A stretch of 64,000 nt of DNA from Octopus vulgaris (GCA_951406725.2 OX597821.1:110732001-110796000); one strand, 5' to 3'; positions 13,319-30,499 are shown, numbered from the stretch's first letter. Translations and numbers: made by a program. The notes: generated by a model not told the origin, from the sequence alone.

Positions 13319-14290
13319 ATCCACCTAAGCGAAGGCGGAGGTATTGTTTTCAGTCGCGTTTGTTTGTCTGTCTGTTTGTTTGCTTGCTTGTTTGTTTGCC
13401 CGTGGACTAAATATCTCAAGAACCGCTGGACGGATTCGGATGAAACTTTCAGGGATGTTTGGACTCGTGACTGGCACGAACTGATTAAATTTTGGGATCG
13501 ATCTGGTTCCAGACAAGGATTCTGAATTATTTTTTAATATTTACTTTACATGATTACGACCTTACGTTGACTTTCAAGTCTTTCTCAATTATGGACCTTC
13601 AAGCTGTTTCCAAAGTTTTTATTTTCGTTTCTCTATTATCAATTTTACTCGCGTCTCTATCTTAGTAGCAGCTGATGGATAAAGAAATCAAACTACATAA
13701 ACAAACGGCGGCAAAACCGTTCAGAAATTAAGTAAAACTAACATATTTTTATAGTATATTTATTATATATTATACATACATATTAACACTTTACAGTATA
13801 CTTACATATTATATACAAACATCTATACATCGATCTATAACAACAGGAATCCTAAAGGAAGGCCGGAATTTAAGAGATGAGAAAGCTAAAAGGTCTCATG
13901 CTATTCATATAAAAATTCCTGAGTAGAACTTATTAGTATTACATCCGCCTTTGAAACCATTTTGAATGATGAATTTGTTAACTTTGGCCTGTATTAGATA
14001 AGAATAAACTATTTATTACCGTTACTAAATTTTCTACAGCCACCTTCCCATTCCATGACTACCATTGGGATCGATATGGTACCGGACAAGGATACCGGAT
14101 TATTTTTCCTGTTTTTTTTTTTTTACTTAATTTTTGAGAGCGGTCTGTTTCATTTTTAACATTCTCATTTGTGAGAGCAGTCAAATTTATTTCAGATATT
14201 CTCATTTTAAAAATCATCTCTGGCTAATCGTTGAAAGGATGTTAGTGTTGTCTTGGCGGAGGTTTGCGCTCTCTGAGTGCGTTTGTTGTT
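13315..14290 (+). mobile_element. Helentron-associated non-autonomous element (HINE/DINE-1-like)
   Basis: 5' tcc(a)cc...ggcggagg subterminal inverted repeat, GTTT/GTCT microsatellite, 3' ttggcggaggtttgcgctctctgagtgc hairpin end; internal repeat at 13494 and 14067. Confidence 0.7.
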
Positions 14291-14292
14291 AT

Positions 14293-14461
14293 TATTCTAT
14301 GTTTGACTTTTGCTTTATGTCTGTACAAGTTGGCTCCAAGTCTCACCCAGAGACCTCAAAAGACAACAGGTTGGAAGTTCACGTTGTTGTTATGCCTAGA
14401 GTGCCATATATTTGGGGGTTTTTTGTGTTGTACTAGTGAATGTCTAATACATAAAAAAAAA

Positions 14462-14523
<62 letters not shown>

Positions 14524-15033
14524 TAGTTTTATTTTTATAGCGTGCTTTCACTTCACTACCGAGCGCAGCTCTGTGTGCCTTGGGTATGTGCTGTGATTTG
14601 TTGTGATGCTCTGATGGTTATTGTATGGAAAGTGTTCTGCGTAGGATATGTGCAGTGCCTAGTAGTGCAATTTTCTGTATGTTATATGTGTTTGCAAGTC
14701 CTCGTGTTTTTGTTATGAATATTTTTTTATCATGCCTAATACACCTACTATGATAGGAATTGTTTCTGTTTTCAGATTCCACATTCTAGTTACCTCTATT
14801 TCCAGGTCTTTGTATTTTGAAAGTTTCTCCATTTCTTTTAGAGACACGTTGTCATCAATTAGAAAGCATTTTTTTCTTCATGATCTCTGACAACTATATC
14901 TGGTCTGTTGGCCTTAATTTCTCTATCTGTGTGTATCGGCATATCCCAGAGTATGGTTGCTTTCTCGTTTTCTGTGACCTTTTCTGGTGTGTGCCTATAC
15001 CATCTTTTTTCTGGTGTGTGCCGATACCATCTT
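14293..15033 (-). mobile_element. Two R4/Dong 3' fragments (family A UTR 14293-14460; family B 14520-15033)
   Basis: Reverse complements of 38165-38324 and 38625-39128; separated by (ATT)n. Confidence 0.9.
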
Positions 15034-15056
15034 TACTATTATTATTATTATTATTA

Positions 15057-15111
<55 letters not shown>

Positions 15112-15149
15112 CATTATTATTATTATTATTATTATTATTGTTATTGTTA

Positions 15150-15196
<47 letters not shown>

Positions 15197-15231
15197 TTTA
15201 TTTTTATTATTATTATTACTATTAGTATTAC

Positions 15232-15279
<48 letters not shown>

Positions 15280-15285
<6 letters not shown>

Positions 15286-15690
15286 TTGCCCACAGGGGGC
15301 TAAATATAGAGGGAACAAACAAGGACAGACAAAGGGATTAAGTCGATTATATCGACCCCAGTACACAGCTGGTACTTGTTTAATCGACCCAGAAAGGATG
15401 AAAGGCAAAGTCGACGTCGGCGGAATTTTAACTCAGAACGCAAAGACAGACGAAATATCTATTTCTTTACTGCCCACAAGGGGCTAAATAAGCACAGAAG
15501 AGTCAAACAAGGACAGACAGACGGATTAAGTCGATTATATCGACCCCAGTACGTAACTGGTACTTAATTTATCGACTCCGAAAGGATGAAAGGCAAAGTC
15601 GACCTCGGCGGAATTTGAACTCAGAACGTAACGGCAAACGAAATACCGCTAAGCATTTCGTCCGACGTGCTAACGTTTCTGCCAGCTCGC
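15280..15690 (-). mobile_element. Family-1 SINE tandem dimer
   Basis: Two ~185-bp units plus one head. Confidence 0.85.
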
Positions 15691-15773
<83 letters not shown>

Positions 15774-15774
15774 C

Positions 15775-15878
<104 letters not shown>

Positions 15879-15889
15879 CATTATTATTA

Positions 15890-16335
<446 letters not shown>

Positions 16336-16354
16336 TATCATTATCATTGTTATA

Positions 16355-16423
<69 letters not shown>

Positions 16424-16936
16424 GTTGTTGTTGTTATTAATATTTTTATTATGACTCTGAAGGCAGCGGGTTGACAGAATCGATAGCACGCCGGCCAAAT
16501 GCTTAGAGCAGGCCATAAAGATGGACAAAATGTCGCTAAACATTTCATCGCGCTAACGATTCTGCCAGCTCGCCACTTTGATGGCTAAGTTTATTGACAT
16601 CTTTTACTTGTTTCAGACTTTGGACTGCGGCAATACTGGGGCACCGCCTTGAGAGATTTACTCGAATGAATGAATATAGAACAGATAATTACAAGAATTG
16701 TCTTTCTCAGGAGATAACGCTTTACGTCATAATATTATACATCTATTCCAATGTGAACGACTTTGCCTTTCGTCCTTTGGGGTTCGATAAAACAAGTACC
16801 AATTTAACATCGGGTGTCGATGTCATCTATTTACCCCCTCCCCTCGAAATTGCTGGCCTTGTACCAAAATTTGGAACTAATATTATTCATGTATTCCTAC
16901 ATGTATGTTGTTACGAAAAAACGTATGTATATTCAA

Positions 16937-17170
16937 GGGCGGCGAGCTGGCAGAAGCGTTAGCATGCCGGGCGAAATGCGTAACCGTATTTCGTCTGCCG
17001 TTACGTTCTGGGTTCAAATTCCGCCGAGGTCGACTTTGCCTTTCATACTTTCGGGGTCGATAAATTAAATACCAGTTAATACGAACTGGGGTCGATGTAC
17101 TTGACTTAATCCCTTTGTCTGTCCTTGTTTGTCCCCTCTGTGTTTAGCCCCTTGTGGGTAGTAAAGAAAT
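16937..17170 (+). mobile_element. Family-1 SINE, full monomer
   Basis: ggcggcgagctggcagaagcgttagc head, ggttcaaattcc B-box, conserved body and tail. Confidence 0.9.
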
Positions 17171-17574
17171 ATATATTCAAGTAAACACACACACACACAC
17201 TCACAAACACAGACATACACACAAGCACGCACACCACACACAGGAAGAGAGTGAGAGAGAGACAGACAGACAGACTGACTGACTGACTCAAGAAAGATGA
17301 AGTCCAATTAGAGTTTCATTGAAAAAAACAACTTTACCAATGGCTGCTTTTCCCTTTCGACTAGAAATAGCGCTGCAGAAACTGCATCGTGTCGGAGGAG
17401 TTTTGGACAAGACGTTAATTATCCTCAAAAGGTAAAGAGGTGGTGTAGACAGGTGGTGTAAGGTAAGAGGCAAAGGGGTTTATTGTGGATAGGGGTCGAA
17501 ATAGTGAAATTGGATTGGGGAGTGATGATGGTACAGCATCGTTTAACGTTGTAGGACTAGTACGCTGTATGTAA

Positions 17575-18580
<1,006 letters not shown>

Positions 18581-20542
18581 GGATGGTACGGTGGGAATGT
18601 TTTGCCAAACACCGATATATACATACACACATATATATAGCTATATATATATATATATATACCCATAAGTATGTATACGTATGTATACAAACACACGTAC
18701 GTACACACATGCATACGTACACAAACACTCACGCACATATATATGCACCATCAGATAGGATTCTTTTTATAGAATTCACAAACATAATCAAACATCTAGT
18801 TTAGAAATATACGCAGATGTATCCTACAAGCGCATGCGTACACAAACTTGACACATACGCGAGAACCAGCCCACCCATACACCAGACATACACAGAACCA
18901 GACTATGGTGCGTTTTTTTCTGAGGGTTTTTTTGGTTTTCTTTAGCTTGGGTAGTTCAGCATTAAAGGTAAACTTAATTGTTTTTTCTTTAAACCCACAA
19001 ATTTCAAAAATACTTTCTTGAGCTGTTTCGTTGTTCTCTCAAAATGCCGTAAACATAATGTAATTTAGTTCAACTCTCCCATAGTTTCAATGTACGACCC
19101 AATCGTTTTACCATGGAACTCAAATACCCCATACTATTTAACCGGCAAAATTTATACGTTAATTATAGTTTCACGACTAATATGGGGAATAAGAATATAT
19201 GTAGTAGCTTCCCCCAAGCCATCCAATAGGCTTTCTAAGACCTTTAATAAAACCAAGAACTCGGGAAGCAATATTGTAGAGACCATTTAGAACAATATTT
19301 CAATCTTTCAAAACCCTGCCGTGAATATGGATGTAAGGAACAAGATTAAGTTTTGCTTCTTTATACAATTTGTTCAAAGGCAAATTCCTGACACTAAGCC
19401 ACAGTTTCAGTCCTTGCAGGCACATAATGCCGTAGTTTATACATCAGAATGTGTGAAGGCATCTTCAAGAGAGGATATTAAACTATAAGCCTACGTTTAA
19501 ACATACAGACAAAATAAACAACATAACATTTTCATGCTGCATATGGCAATTGTAATATCACATGATTTACCTTGCCATCAGCAGCAATTGTTCAAATTTC
19601 TGTTGCCTTTTTTAATAAGGAAAAAGTACTTCCATGTTACCAAAGCAAAAGAATATTAAAATGCAAATTCAGAACCAATCTCTAAATATTGACATGCGAA
19701 CAATTTCATTCCTTCAAACATCAACAGAACAATCCAGAAACACCAAGAAACGTAAACACCCGTAAAAAGAGAAATCGATAAACCACAATCTCATACAAAA
19801 CAAAGCTGAAAGAATAAAAAATGTAGCAACACGCCGATACACTCCGATCAAGTGAGGTCTCCATTCTACAAACTAACACCGTCTAAAGGCTGTTCATGAA
19901 GAGGAGCACCAAACTCGGAGTATAGAATCTTGTAAACTGGAAACTATAGGCTCGCTGCCTTTAATTCGCTATTTAGTGGCGGCGTCGGTACTTAGAAGCA
20001 CATAACAGCTGTTCCTTTCGTTATTTAATGGAACACGGCGTTTGTTCCCTTCTTTATTTAGTGGCACAGTATGTTTGCTCACTGTGGTATTCAGCGGCAC
20101 ACTGTACCTGCTCACACACAGTTATTTTGTGGCACATTGCTTCTAGCCATTTCGTTACTTAGAACCGACAACGAAAGCGAACTGCTATAAAAAAAAAGAG
20201 ATGCTTATCTCTCAAAACCAAACATTAACAAATGAATTCGGCATTGTAGAATAATTTCCAGGATGTGCAAAAATTTTGAATAGTCTAATCAAAGCAAGAA
20301 TGCTTTGATCTTGGCCTGCCTGATCAGAGCTAACTCAGTGTTAAACAAAAGCAGCAGCAACAAAAACAAGATCGTTGGATTCGTGAATCTTGTTTTCTCT
20401 GTTCATCTTAAGAATTGCATTGACGTCAAAAGCAGGATGTAGTACCGTGATAAATCAACAAATGCTATATTAATTGAAATAATTATGTCTAGCAGCCCTT
20501 TTCAAAAAATGTTCAAAATTTTCCAAGCGAACTGACTTATGG

Positions 20543-20887
20543 CTCTCACACACACACACACATACACACTCTCTCTTTCACCCTCTCTTTCTTCCTCTCT
20601 TTCTCCCTCTCTCTCTCACACACACACACTCTCTCTAAGTGTCTCCTTCCCTCTCTCTCTCCCTCTCTCACCCACACACACACACACTCTCTAAATGTCT
20701 CCTTCCCTCTCTCTCCCTACTTTCTCTCTCTCCCTCCCTTATTTCTCTCCATCTCTCTCTCTCACACTTACTCTCTTTCTCGCAGTGTCTCTCGCTACCT
20801 TTCTCTTTCACACACACACACACTCTCTCTCTCTCTCTCTTTCTCAGTGTCTCCCTTTTCCTCTCTCTTTCTCGGTGTCTCCCTCTT

Positions 20888-20925
<38 letters not shown>
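20543..20925. repeat. CT/CA low-complexity tract
   Basis: Direct inspection. Confidence 0.9.
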
Positions 20926-21191
20926 ATAATGACAGTATAAGATGCGAGAAGGTGGCGTGAACAAATAAATTGATACAAAAACCTTGCCTTCAGCTCAGAG
21001 TATCAACATCAATCATAATCTTTCGAAAGATTAATTTTGATTAAATAAAAATTTGCGGAAAATGTATTTTTGTTTTTTCTTTTTTCTTTTAATTTCCCCC
21101 CCCCCCGTTTTGTCAATGTTGCTTTTGAATATTTTGTTTTGTTTTTTCCTAGCTAAGATGTAACACGTGTTAATCATGTTTTCATAAAATA

Positions 21192-21410
21192 AGGCAACGA
21201 GCAAGCAGAACTGATAGCACGACTGGACGAAATGCTTAGCGGCATTTCGCCCGTCCTTGCGTTCTGACTCCAAATTCTGCCAAGGTCGAGTTTGCCTTTC
21301 ATCCTTTCGGGGTCGATAAATTAAGTATCAGTGAAACACTGCGGTCGATGTAATCGACTACACCCTCCTCCAAAATTTCAGGCCCTCTGCCTATTGTTGA
21401 AAGGATTATA
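21192..21410 (+). mobile_element. Family-1 SINE variant
   Basis: Conserved tttgcctttcatcctttcggggtcgataaa body. Confidence 0.85.
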
Positions 21411-21456
21411 CAGCTCCCATGCTCATTTATGAACCTCTCTGCCTGTTGCTCATCTA

Positions 21457-21555
21457 TTCATAAATGAGCTACTGGAAGAGGCTAGAGGAACTGAGGCTTT
21501 ACTTCATAAATGAGCTACTGGAAGAGGCTAGAGGAACTGAGGCTTTACTCCCTAG
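21457..21555 (+). repeat. Exact 46-bp tandem duplication of a CR1-like LINE fragment
   Basis: ttcataaatgagctactggaagaggctagaggaactgaggctttac occurs twice; translates MSYWKRLEELRLYSL. Confidence 0.7.
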
Positions 21556-21557
21556 GG

Positions 21558-21635
21558 CAGTGTTTTTCAACCTTCTTACCCCTGCGTAACCCTTAAAATA
21601 AATTTCATGTTTCAAGGAACCCCTGCGCAAAAACA
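21558..21635 (+). mobile_element. hAT-type terminus fragment
   Basis: cagtgtttttcaacctt...ggaacccctg end motif; partner TIR not found. Confidence 0.45.
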
Positions 21636-22324
21636 AAAATCTGTATACCATATCTTTCGACTTAACCCTACTCCTGAAATTACTGGCCTTGTGCCATAAT
21701 TTGAAATCAATATTATATTTTCAAAAGCTTCGATTATTTCTATGTGTGAGTCAGAATTTATTTTCTTTTATGACTGTGGTTAAGAATATCGTGTCGTTAC
21801 AACGCGGTTTCGGGTTCCATTCCATTTTATGGTACCGTAAGCAAGTCTATTCAACCATAAAAATCAAGACTTGGGGCAATGCATCGACCAAAACCTTATG
21901 ACTGATATTCCACAAACGAAAGCCGTTCCTTCTCTGAGGTGATGGGCATAATTTATCCAAGATACTACGTTTTTGCTATAGTTTGTTTTATCAATAATTC
22001 ACATTACCAAGTAAGCAGACCCTTTATAGATATATTTACTGATATTACTATATTTTATAGTGTCTGTTCTAAGAACGTTCCATCTCACACGTGGATCTTA
22101 TGGTATGTATTTTCTGTCACTTAATTAAGATCATGCTAATGAGCAAACAAATTACTTGTTCCATTCAATGCTTCTAAGATCAACCAAGTATTTTTCTACT
22201 ACCCTCGTGAAATTCAGGATTCCCACCCCACTTGTTTTGGTGGACAGGAACTGCTTTGGAAGAATTTCGATCTTTGACTAGACCTTCGGATTAAACCTTA
22301 TATTTATCATATACTAGCACTATG

Positions 22325-23104
22325 ACCAGCAATGGTTGAGAAGCTCAGGACTCAAAGCAGAGACAGAGGGATTTTTAATTGCAGCACAAGACCAAAGCCT
22401 CCACACCAGAAATTACCAAAAACATGTAATGAAAAGAAATATAACAAGTAACTGCAGAATATGTGGAGATGGACAAGAAACAATAAATCATATTATCTCT
22501 AGCTGCCCAGTCCTGGCTAAGAAGGAATATATTCACAGACATGACAGAGTTGGAACCTACATACACTGGAAGCTATGCCAACATTATGGAATAACAACAG
22601 AAAAAAGATGGTATAGGCACCAGAAAAGGTCACAGAAAACGAGAAAGCAACCATTCTCTGGGATATGCCGATACACACAGATAAAGAAATTAAGGCCAAC
22701 AGACCAGATATAGTTGTCAGAGATCATGAAGAAAAAAAATGCTTTCTAATTGATGTATCAATAACAGCAGATGACAACGTGTGTCTAAAAGAAATGGAGA
22801 AACTTTCAAAATACAAAGACCTGGAAATAGAGGTAACCAGAATATGGAATCTAGAAACAGAAACAATTCCTATCATAGTAGGTGCATTAGGCATGATAAA
22901 AAATATTCAGACAAATACATAACAAAAACACCAGGACTTACAAACACATATAACATACAGCAAATTGCACTACTAGGCACTGCACACATTCTACGCAGAA
23001 CACTTTCCATACAATAACCATCAGAGCATCACAACAAATCACAGCACATACCCAAGGCACACAGAGCTGCGCTCGGTAGTGAAGTGAAAGCACGCTATAA
23101 AAAT
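22325..23104 (+). mobile_element. R4/Dong LINE 3' fragment (family B)
   Basis: CRICGDGQETINHIISSC knuckle, NRPDIVV...LIDVS...KLSKYKDL RLE motifs; (AAT)n tail. Confidence 0.95.
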
Positions 23105-23126
23105 GAATAATAATAATAATAATAAT

Positions 23127-23202
<76 letters not shown>

Positions 23203-23268
23203 GGGAGTATAACTCCAAACTTACAGGGAAAAATTCAATTTAGCATTAACTCAGTGGTTTTTCTCTAA

Positions 23269-23326
<58 letters not shown>

Positions 23327-23723
23327 CTCTGGTTTACTTATACACATACACACACACGCTCCCATATGCACATACAAGCCCAAGCGTTTGCACATGTAGC
23401 CTCACACACATATACACACATCCATGCGAACACCCTGTGCACACACACAAATACACGAAACGCACATCACTCTACGCATGCACTAGCCTACTTATACACA
23501 TACATTCACACGCGCTCGCCCCATTCACAGATACATACTCACACATGCATACCCACATACACACTCGCATTTGCGCACCCTAGTTCAACAGGGTCACCGC
23601 TATTATCTCCCTTTCACTTAGTCTCTTTTTCTGGTCATTTCATCATGTTGAACCCTTAATCTCTACACATTTTCTCTCTCCGTTTGTTTTCGTTCTCTCT
23701 CAATTTCTTTATCCCTCTCAATC

Positions 23724-23759
23724 CTTTCTGTCGAAGAGCATAGGCTCGAAACGTCAAAG
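23724..23759 (+). ncRNA. Minimal hammerhead variant (CUGUCGA core) in a ~190-bp repeat
   Basis: cttt-CTGTCGA-a-gagc-atag-gctc-GAAAC-GTC-aaag; same repeat at 33690-33850 and 58845-58990. Confidence 0.65.
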
Positions 23760-24042
23760 ACTTTTCCATTCCTCCCCAGCGTTAAACGAATACACCTGCT
23801 TATTGCTCCTTCACCTGTCTTCGTATTTTGTTCTCGGTAAATTTGAACTATGTGTGTGTGTGTGTAGACACATACGTTTATATACATATATACGTCTGTC
23901 TATGTATGTATGTATGTATGTATGTATGTATGTATGCATGTATGTATGTATGTATGTATGCATGTATGTATGTATGCATGTATGCATGTATGTATATATA
24001 TATATATGTACGTGTGTGCATGTATGTATGTATGTATGTATG

Positions 24043-24075
<33 letters not shown>

Positions 24076-24546
24076 GTGTGTGCATGCATGCATATGTACA
24101 CATGTACATAAATATGTATGTACTGGTCCGTTTCTCAGCGACAACAATCGATTGTTATTCCGGTTCATACAAATTCATTGTGTGATCAGATTAAATATGT
24201 AGCTCATTCATCGATTCTTTTAATCTTTTATTCCTTCATTGACTTCGAACTAACACATAATCTATAAAGAGAAAAACAGAAATTTTGTTATAGCAAAACT
24301 AGAGAGGAGCAATTACTGGCAATATCTGAATATACGCTATCATTCGGATAATAGCTTGACAGAGATGATAAAGTGCTGGTCACATGATTTTCATTTCCAA
24401 GTGCTTTATATTCAGCTCTATATATTTACACGAAAAGTAAATATACGGTAACGCATTAAGCGTTAACTTTAATAAACACAAATGAATCTCCACATGTACA
24501 GCATATGGCGTCCTAGCAATTACGAGTAAGCTTGATGTTGTGTACA

Positions 24547-24700
24547 AAGGCGCAGGAGTGGGTGTGTGGTAAGAAGCTTACTTCTCAACCACATGGTTCC
24601 GGGTTCAGTTTCACCATGGGCAAAATTTCCTCTGCTATTGCCTCGAGCCAACCGAAGTCTTGTGAGTGGGTTCGGTAGACGGAAACTGAAAAGAATCCCT
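24547..24700 (+). mobile_element. Family-2 SINE head; its tail lies at ~25370-25565 beyond an expanded microsatellite containing inserts
   Basis: aggcgcaggagtgggtgtgtggtaagaagc head; ggtagacggaaactgaaagaa body. Confidence 0.75.
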
Positions 24701-24701
24701 T

Positions 24702-24759
<58 letters not shown>

Positions 24760-24762
24760 GCC

Positions 24763-24825
24763 AGATAACCGAAGAGATGGTGTTGTGGATTTCCACTTCG
24801 GCATCTGAAACTCAGAGTTTTATCT
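24763..24825 (+). ncRNA. Type I hammerhead motif (U4C)
   Basis: agataa-CCGAAGA-gatg...catc-t-GAA-ACTCaGAGT-T-ttatct; 6-bp stem I. Confidence 0.65.
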
Positions 24826-24964
24826 TGACTACCGAGTAATGTAACATATTGTATATATATATATATATATATATACAAAAAACAATTACAGCGTAGAAGG
24901 TGTTTATAAGCCATTTAAGAAACACACAAAAACCGTTAGATTCACTTCAATATTTAAATTTAAT

Positions 24965-25013
24965 TTGCCAAAATATTTTCGTCGCTTTCAGACCGCGATC
25001 TGTTCACTGACAA
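24965..25013 (-). ncRNA. Hammerhead motif with G3-C8 compensatory core
   Basis: Minus: ttgtca-GTGAACA-ga-tcgc...gcga-c-GAA-AATATT-T-tggcaa. Confidence 0.6.
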
Positions 25014-25064
25014 AATTCCGTACTGCCATATATATATATGTGTGTGTGTGTGTATATATATATG

Positions 25065-25178
<114 letters not shown>

Positions 25179-25311
25179 CATATATATATACATTTACAGG
25201 GTAAATGTTTTTTAATTTTCTCCTGGTTTGCGGAATTAATGTTATTTTGCGGTTGAAGCTTTGGCTGTTATTTCTAGTGGGTGAATGGCCTATTATGGCC
25301 GTTCCTTGATT

Positions 25312-25364
<53 letters not shown>

Positions 25365-26034
25365 TTGAGTGTCTGTGTTTGTCTCCCCACCATCGCTTGA
25401 CAACCGGTACTGGTGTGTTTATGTCCCTGTAACATAGCGGTTTGGCCAAAGAGATCGATTGAATGATACTGAGCTTACAAAGAATAAGTCCTGGGGGAAG
25501 GTCGATTTGTTCGTCTAAAGGCGGTGCACCAGCATGGACGCAAATGACTGAATCAACTAAAAGAATATATGTGAATATATATATCTTTACTGTTCATTTG
25601 TTTCAGTGATCGCATTGCGGCCATGCTGGAGCAGTGCCTTGAAGAAATTTTAGTAGAATTAATCGACTGCATTTTTTAAAGCCGGATAGGAATTCTGTCG
25701 CTCTTTTTCGCCGAACCGCGAAGTAAGCAATCTAACATCGATTGTCAAGTGGTGGCGTGAAACACACATGTACAAAGACACACCCACGCACACACATATT
25801 TACATGTGTGTATGTTGTGCGAGCGTGTGTCTGTATGTGTTTGTGTGTTATTATCAGATAATAAATTGTATGTTATACACCTGGTAAAGTACGTTCATAT
25901 TCACAGAGTATTTGATTAATGAGAGAGACGGATGTTGGAAGATACGAGAATGTTTATCAATCACTACAATTGTTTCGATCCATCGATCCTTTACGGATGG
26001 AATACTGAACAACTAGTTTAGGACATTATTTACA

Positions 26035-26203
26035 TCTTTTACATTTGACGGATATTTGTCCTCATCTTGTTTGTCGTTAACACAACGTTTCGGCTGATAT
26101 ATCTTCCAGCCTTCATCAGGTGTCTAGGGGAAATTTCGAACTTGGGTTCTCATTCGATGGGTATTTTTCGATGTTGTTATTATTATTATTATTATTGTTA
26201 TTA

Positions 26204-26291
<88 letters not shown>

Positions 26292-26404
26292 CATTATTAT
26301 CTTTATTATCATTATTATTATGATTATTATCATTATTATGCCCACGGGCATATGGCGTAGTGGTTAAGAGCGCGGGCTACTAACCCCAAGATTCCGAGTT
26401 CGAT
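26035..26404 (-). mobile_element. tRNA-(AAT)n-hammerhead SINE copy with inverted tRNA head
   Basis: HHR tail on minus 26035-26178, (TAT)n, then tRNA head on plus 26346-26404. Confidence 0.7.
26079..26124 (-). ncRNA. Minimal type I hammerhead ribozyme
   Basis: gacac-CTGATGA-a-ggctg-gaagatatat-cagcc-GAAAC-GTT-gtgtt. Confidence 0.8.
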
Positions 26405-26944
26405 TTTTGTTCCAACATTTGGCTCCCTCCAGGCACCCGCATCACACACTATGCCACTATATATATAATCAAAGATACTCCAACTGTGACCTTCCATTCT
26501 GGTTCTCAGGAAAACAAAACCCATGAATGTATTAAACGAAGCGTCACGTTTTTCGGAAATGCATGTACGTAGACTGTTTCTTAAGAAACCTATTTAGCGG
26601 TTTGGTTGCAATTTTTGCAAGACAGTGAGATGATAGGAAGCACGTATTAACGACTGTGCATTTAAGTGAAGGTGGAGGTATGAAGGGAGATATCGGGACC
26701 GGAAGCGAAGGAGGAAGAGTGACGTCGGAACCGGAATGAGGGCATGTGACGTCACGTCAAGAAGCCTCTTTTCTTCGTCAGAACGTCGACCGGAACAGAA
26801 TTGTGCAAGAGATTTCTGCGAGAGTAGATTCTAGGCAGAAGTTGAGATAGTGTGTGCGTGTAGGTAAGACCAACGAGTTTCGCTGATGCTGGTTTTTTTT
26901 ATTTGTTTGTTTGTTGAGCAAAGCGGTCTTCGTCACAGAGTAGG

Positions 26945-27228
26945 AGAAGCCCGAAACGTGGTCCTTTGCTATTCGTAGGACCCCCAGAAGAGAAAGCAGG
27001 TCAACCCCCCGACACCGTGAGCATCGACGGGTGGATGAATGCGCATCCAGGCTCAGCGGTTGCGTAGGAAGTCGGGAATAAGAAACAGGAAGAAAAAGTG
27101 AGAGAAAGTTGGAGCGAAAGAGTACAACAGGGGTCGCTAACACACCCTGCCGGACCTCGTGGAGCTTTTAGGTCTTTTCGCTCAATAAACACACATAACG
27201 CCCACACCATTGGGCCATTGCGCCTCCA
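26945..27228 (-). mobile_element. Family-3 tRNA SINE variant
   Basis: Head ggaggcgcaatggcccaatgg; body shared with 9396 and 43650. Confidence 0.75.
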
Positions 27229-27477
27229 CTCGCTGATGCTGGTGAAGCCAAGCTGAATACTCTGTCCAGGTTTCGTCTCTCGGTAAGAGAGACATTAGTT
27301 TTTTTGCATTCTTTCCTTCTACACAAATGGCCAGAAGATAATTCTGCCAGTGATTTTAACGAGGATATATTTAAATAGATCTCAGCACTCAAGTTTCGTA
27401 ACAACATTTTCAATTATTTTCCCATTTGTAAATTTCTTTCAACAAGAACACATTAAGCGAGCACTTACGCACGTTCG

Positions 27478-29670
<2,193 letters not shown>

Positions 29671-29714
29671 AACAAGCGAAACGGATCAAACAGACTGCAA
29701 AAAAGAAACAAATT

Positions 29715-30499
29715 GAGGAGCGGTGCTGATGAACAACCTATCAGTGGCTTAGAAGTTCAGGACTTGATGCAGAGACTGAAGGCTTCATATCGGCGGTACA
29801 ATATCAAAACTTGCTTACAAAAAACCACCAGGCCAACGTTCTTCGACACGATTCTGACCCTAAATGCAGATTCTGTGATACATTTGACGAAACAGTAGAC
29901 CATCTCGTCTTAGAATGTCCTTTGTTCACAACAAGCGAATTTTTAAAAAATCACAAAAATAGGGTAGGACAGTACTTACATTAGAAAATATGTAAACACT
30001 ACAAAATCTGCACTCTTACTTACTGGTATAAACATTATCCTGAGCCAGTCACTATCCTCTGAGATTTCCCAGTCAATACTGACAAAATAATCCACGCTAA
30101 TTGACCAGACATAATTATTAAAGACGGGGAAGAAAATATTTGTAGACTAATAGATGTAAGTGTTCCCACTGATAAAAATTGAAATACAAAAGATGTGGCA
30201 TCTTAAAGCGAGAACTGTTCCTGTTATTGTGGGTTCCCTAGGTAAGATGAAAAAAAGAATGTTAGAAGCACCTAGATAAGATCCCAGGAGAACCATGTCT
30301 CAGAGAAATCCAAAAGATTGTGCTGACAAGTATTGCCCACAGCCTTAGAAAAACCCTATCACTTCAAATGTCTGTGTTGTATTACATGAAGATATTTCGC
30401 TACTGTCCCTGCCAATCCTACCGTAACATTTCTTATCCTTCACTCGCCTCAGGACGTTGGGTGTGTCTCGGAAGGTATTATAACAAATATGCAGATTAA

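Noticed and set aside
26346-26404. Functional tRNA gene (also 34548 and 9396)
   Set aside because: A and B boxes are present but the acceptor stem and cloverleaf are incomplete; these are SINE heads.
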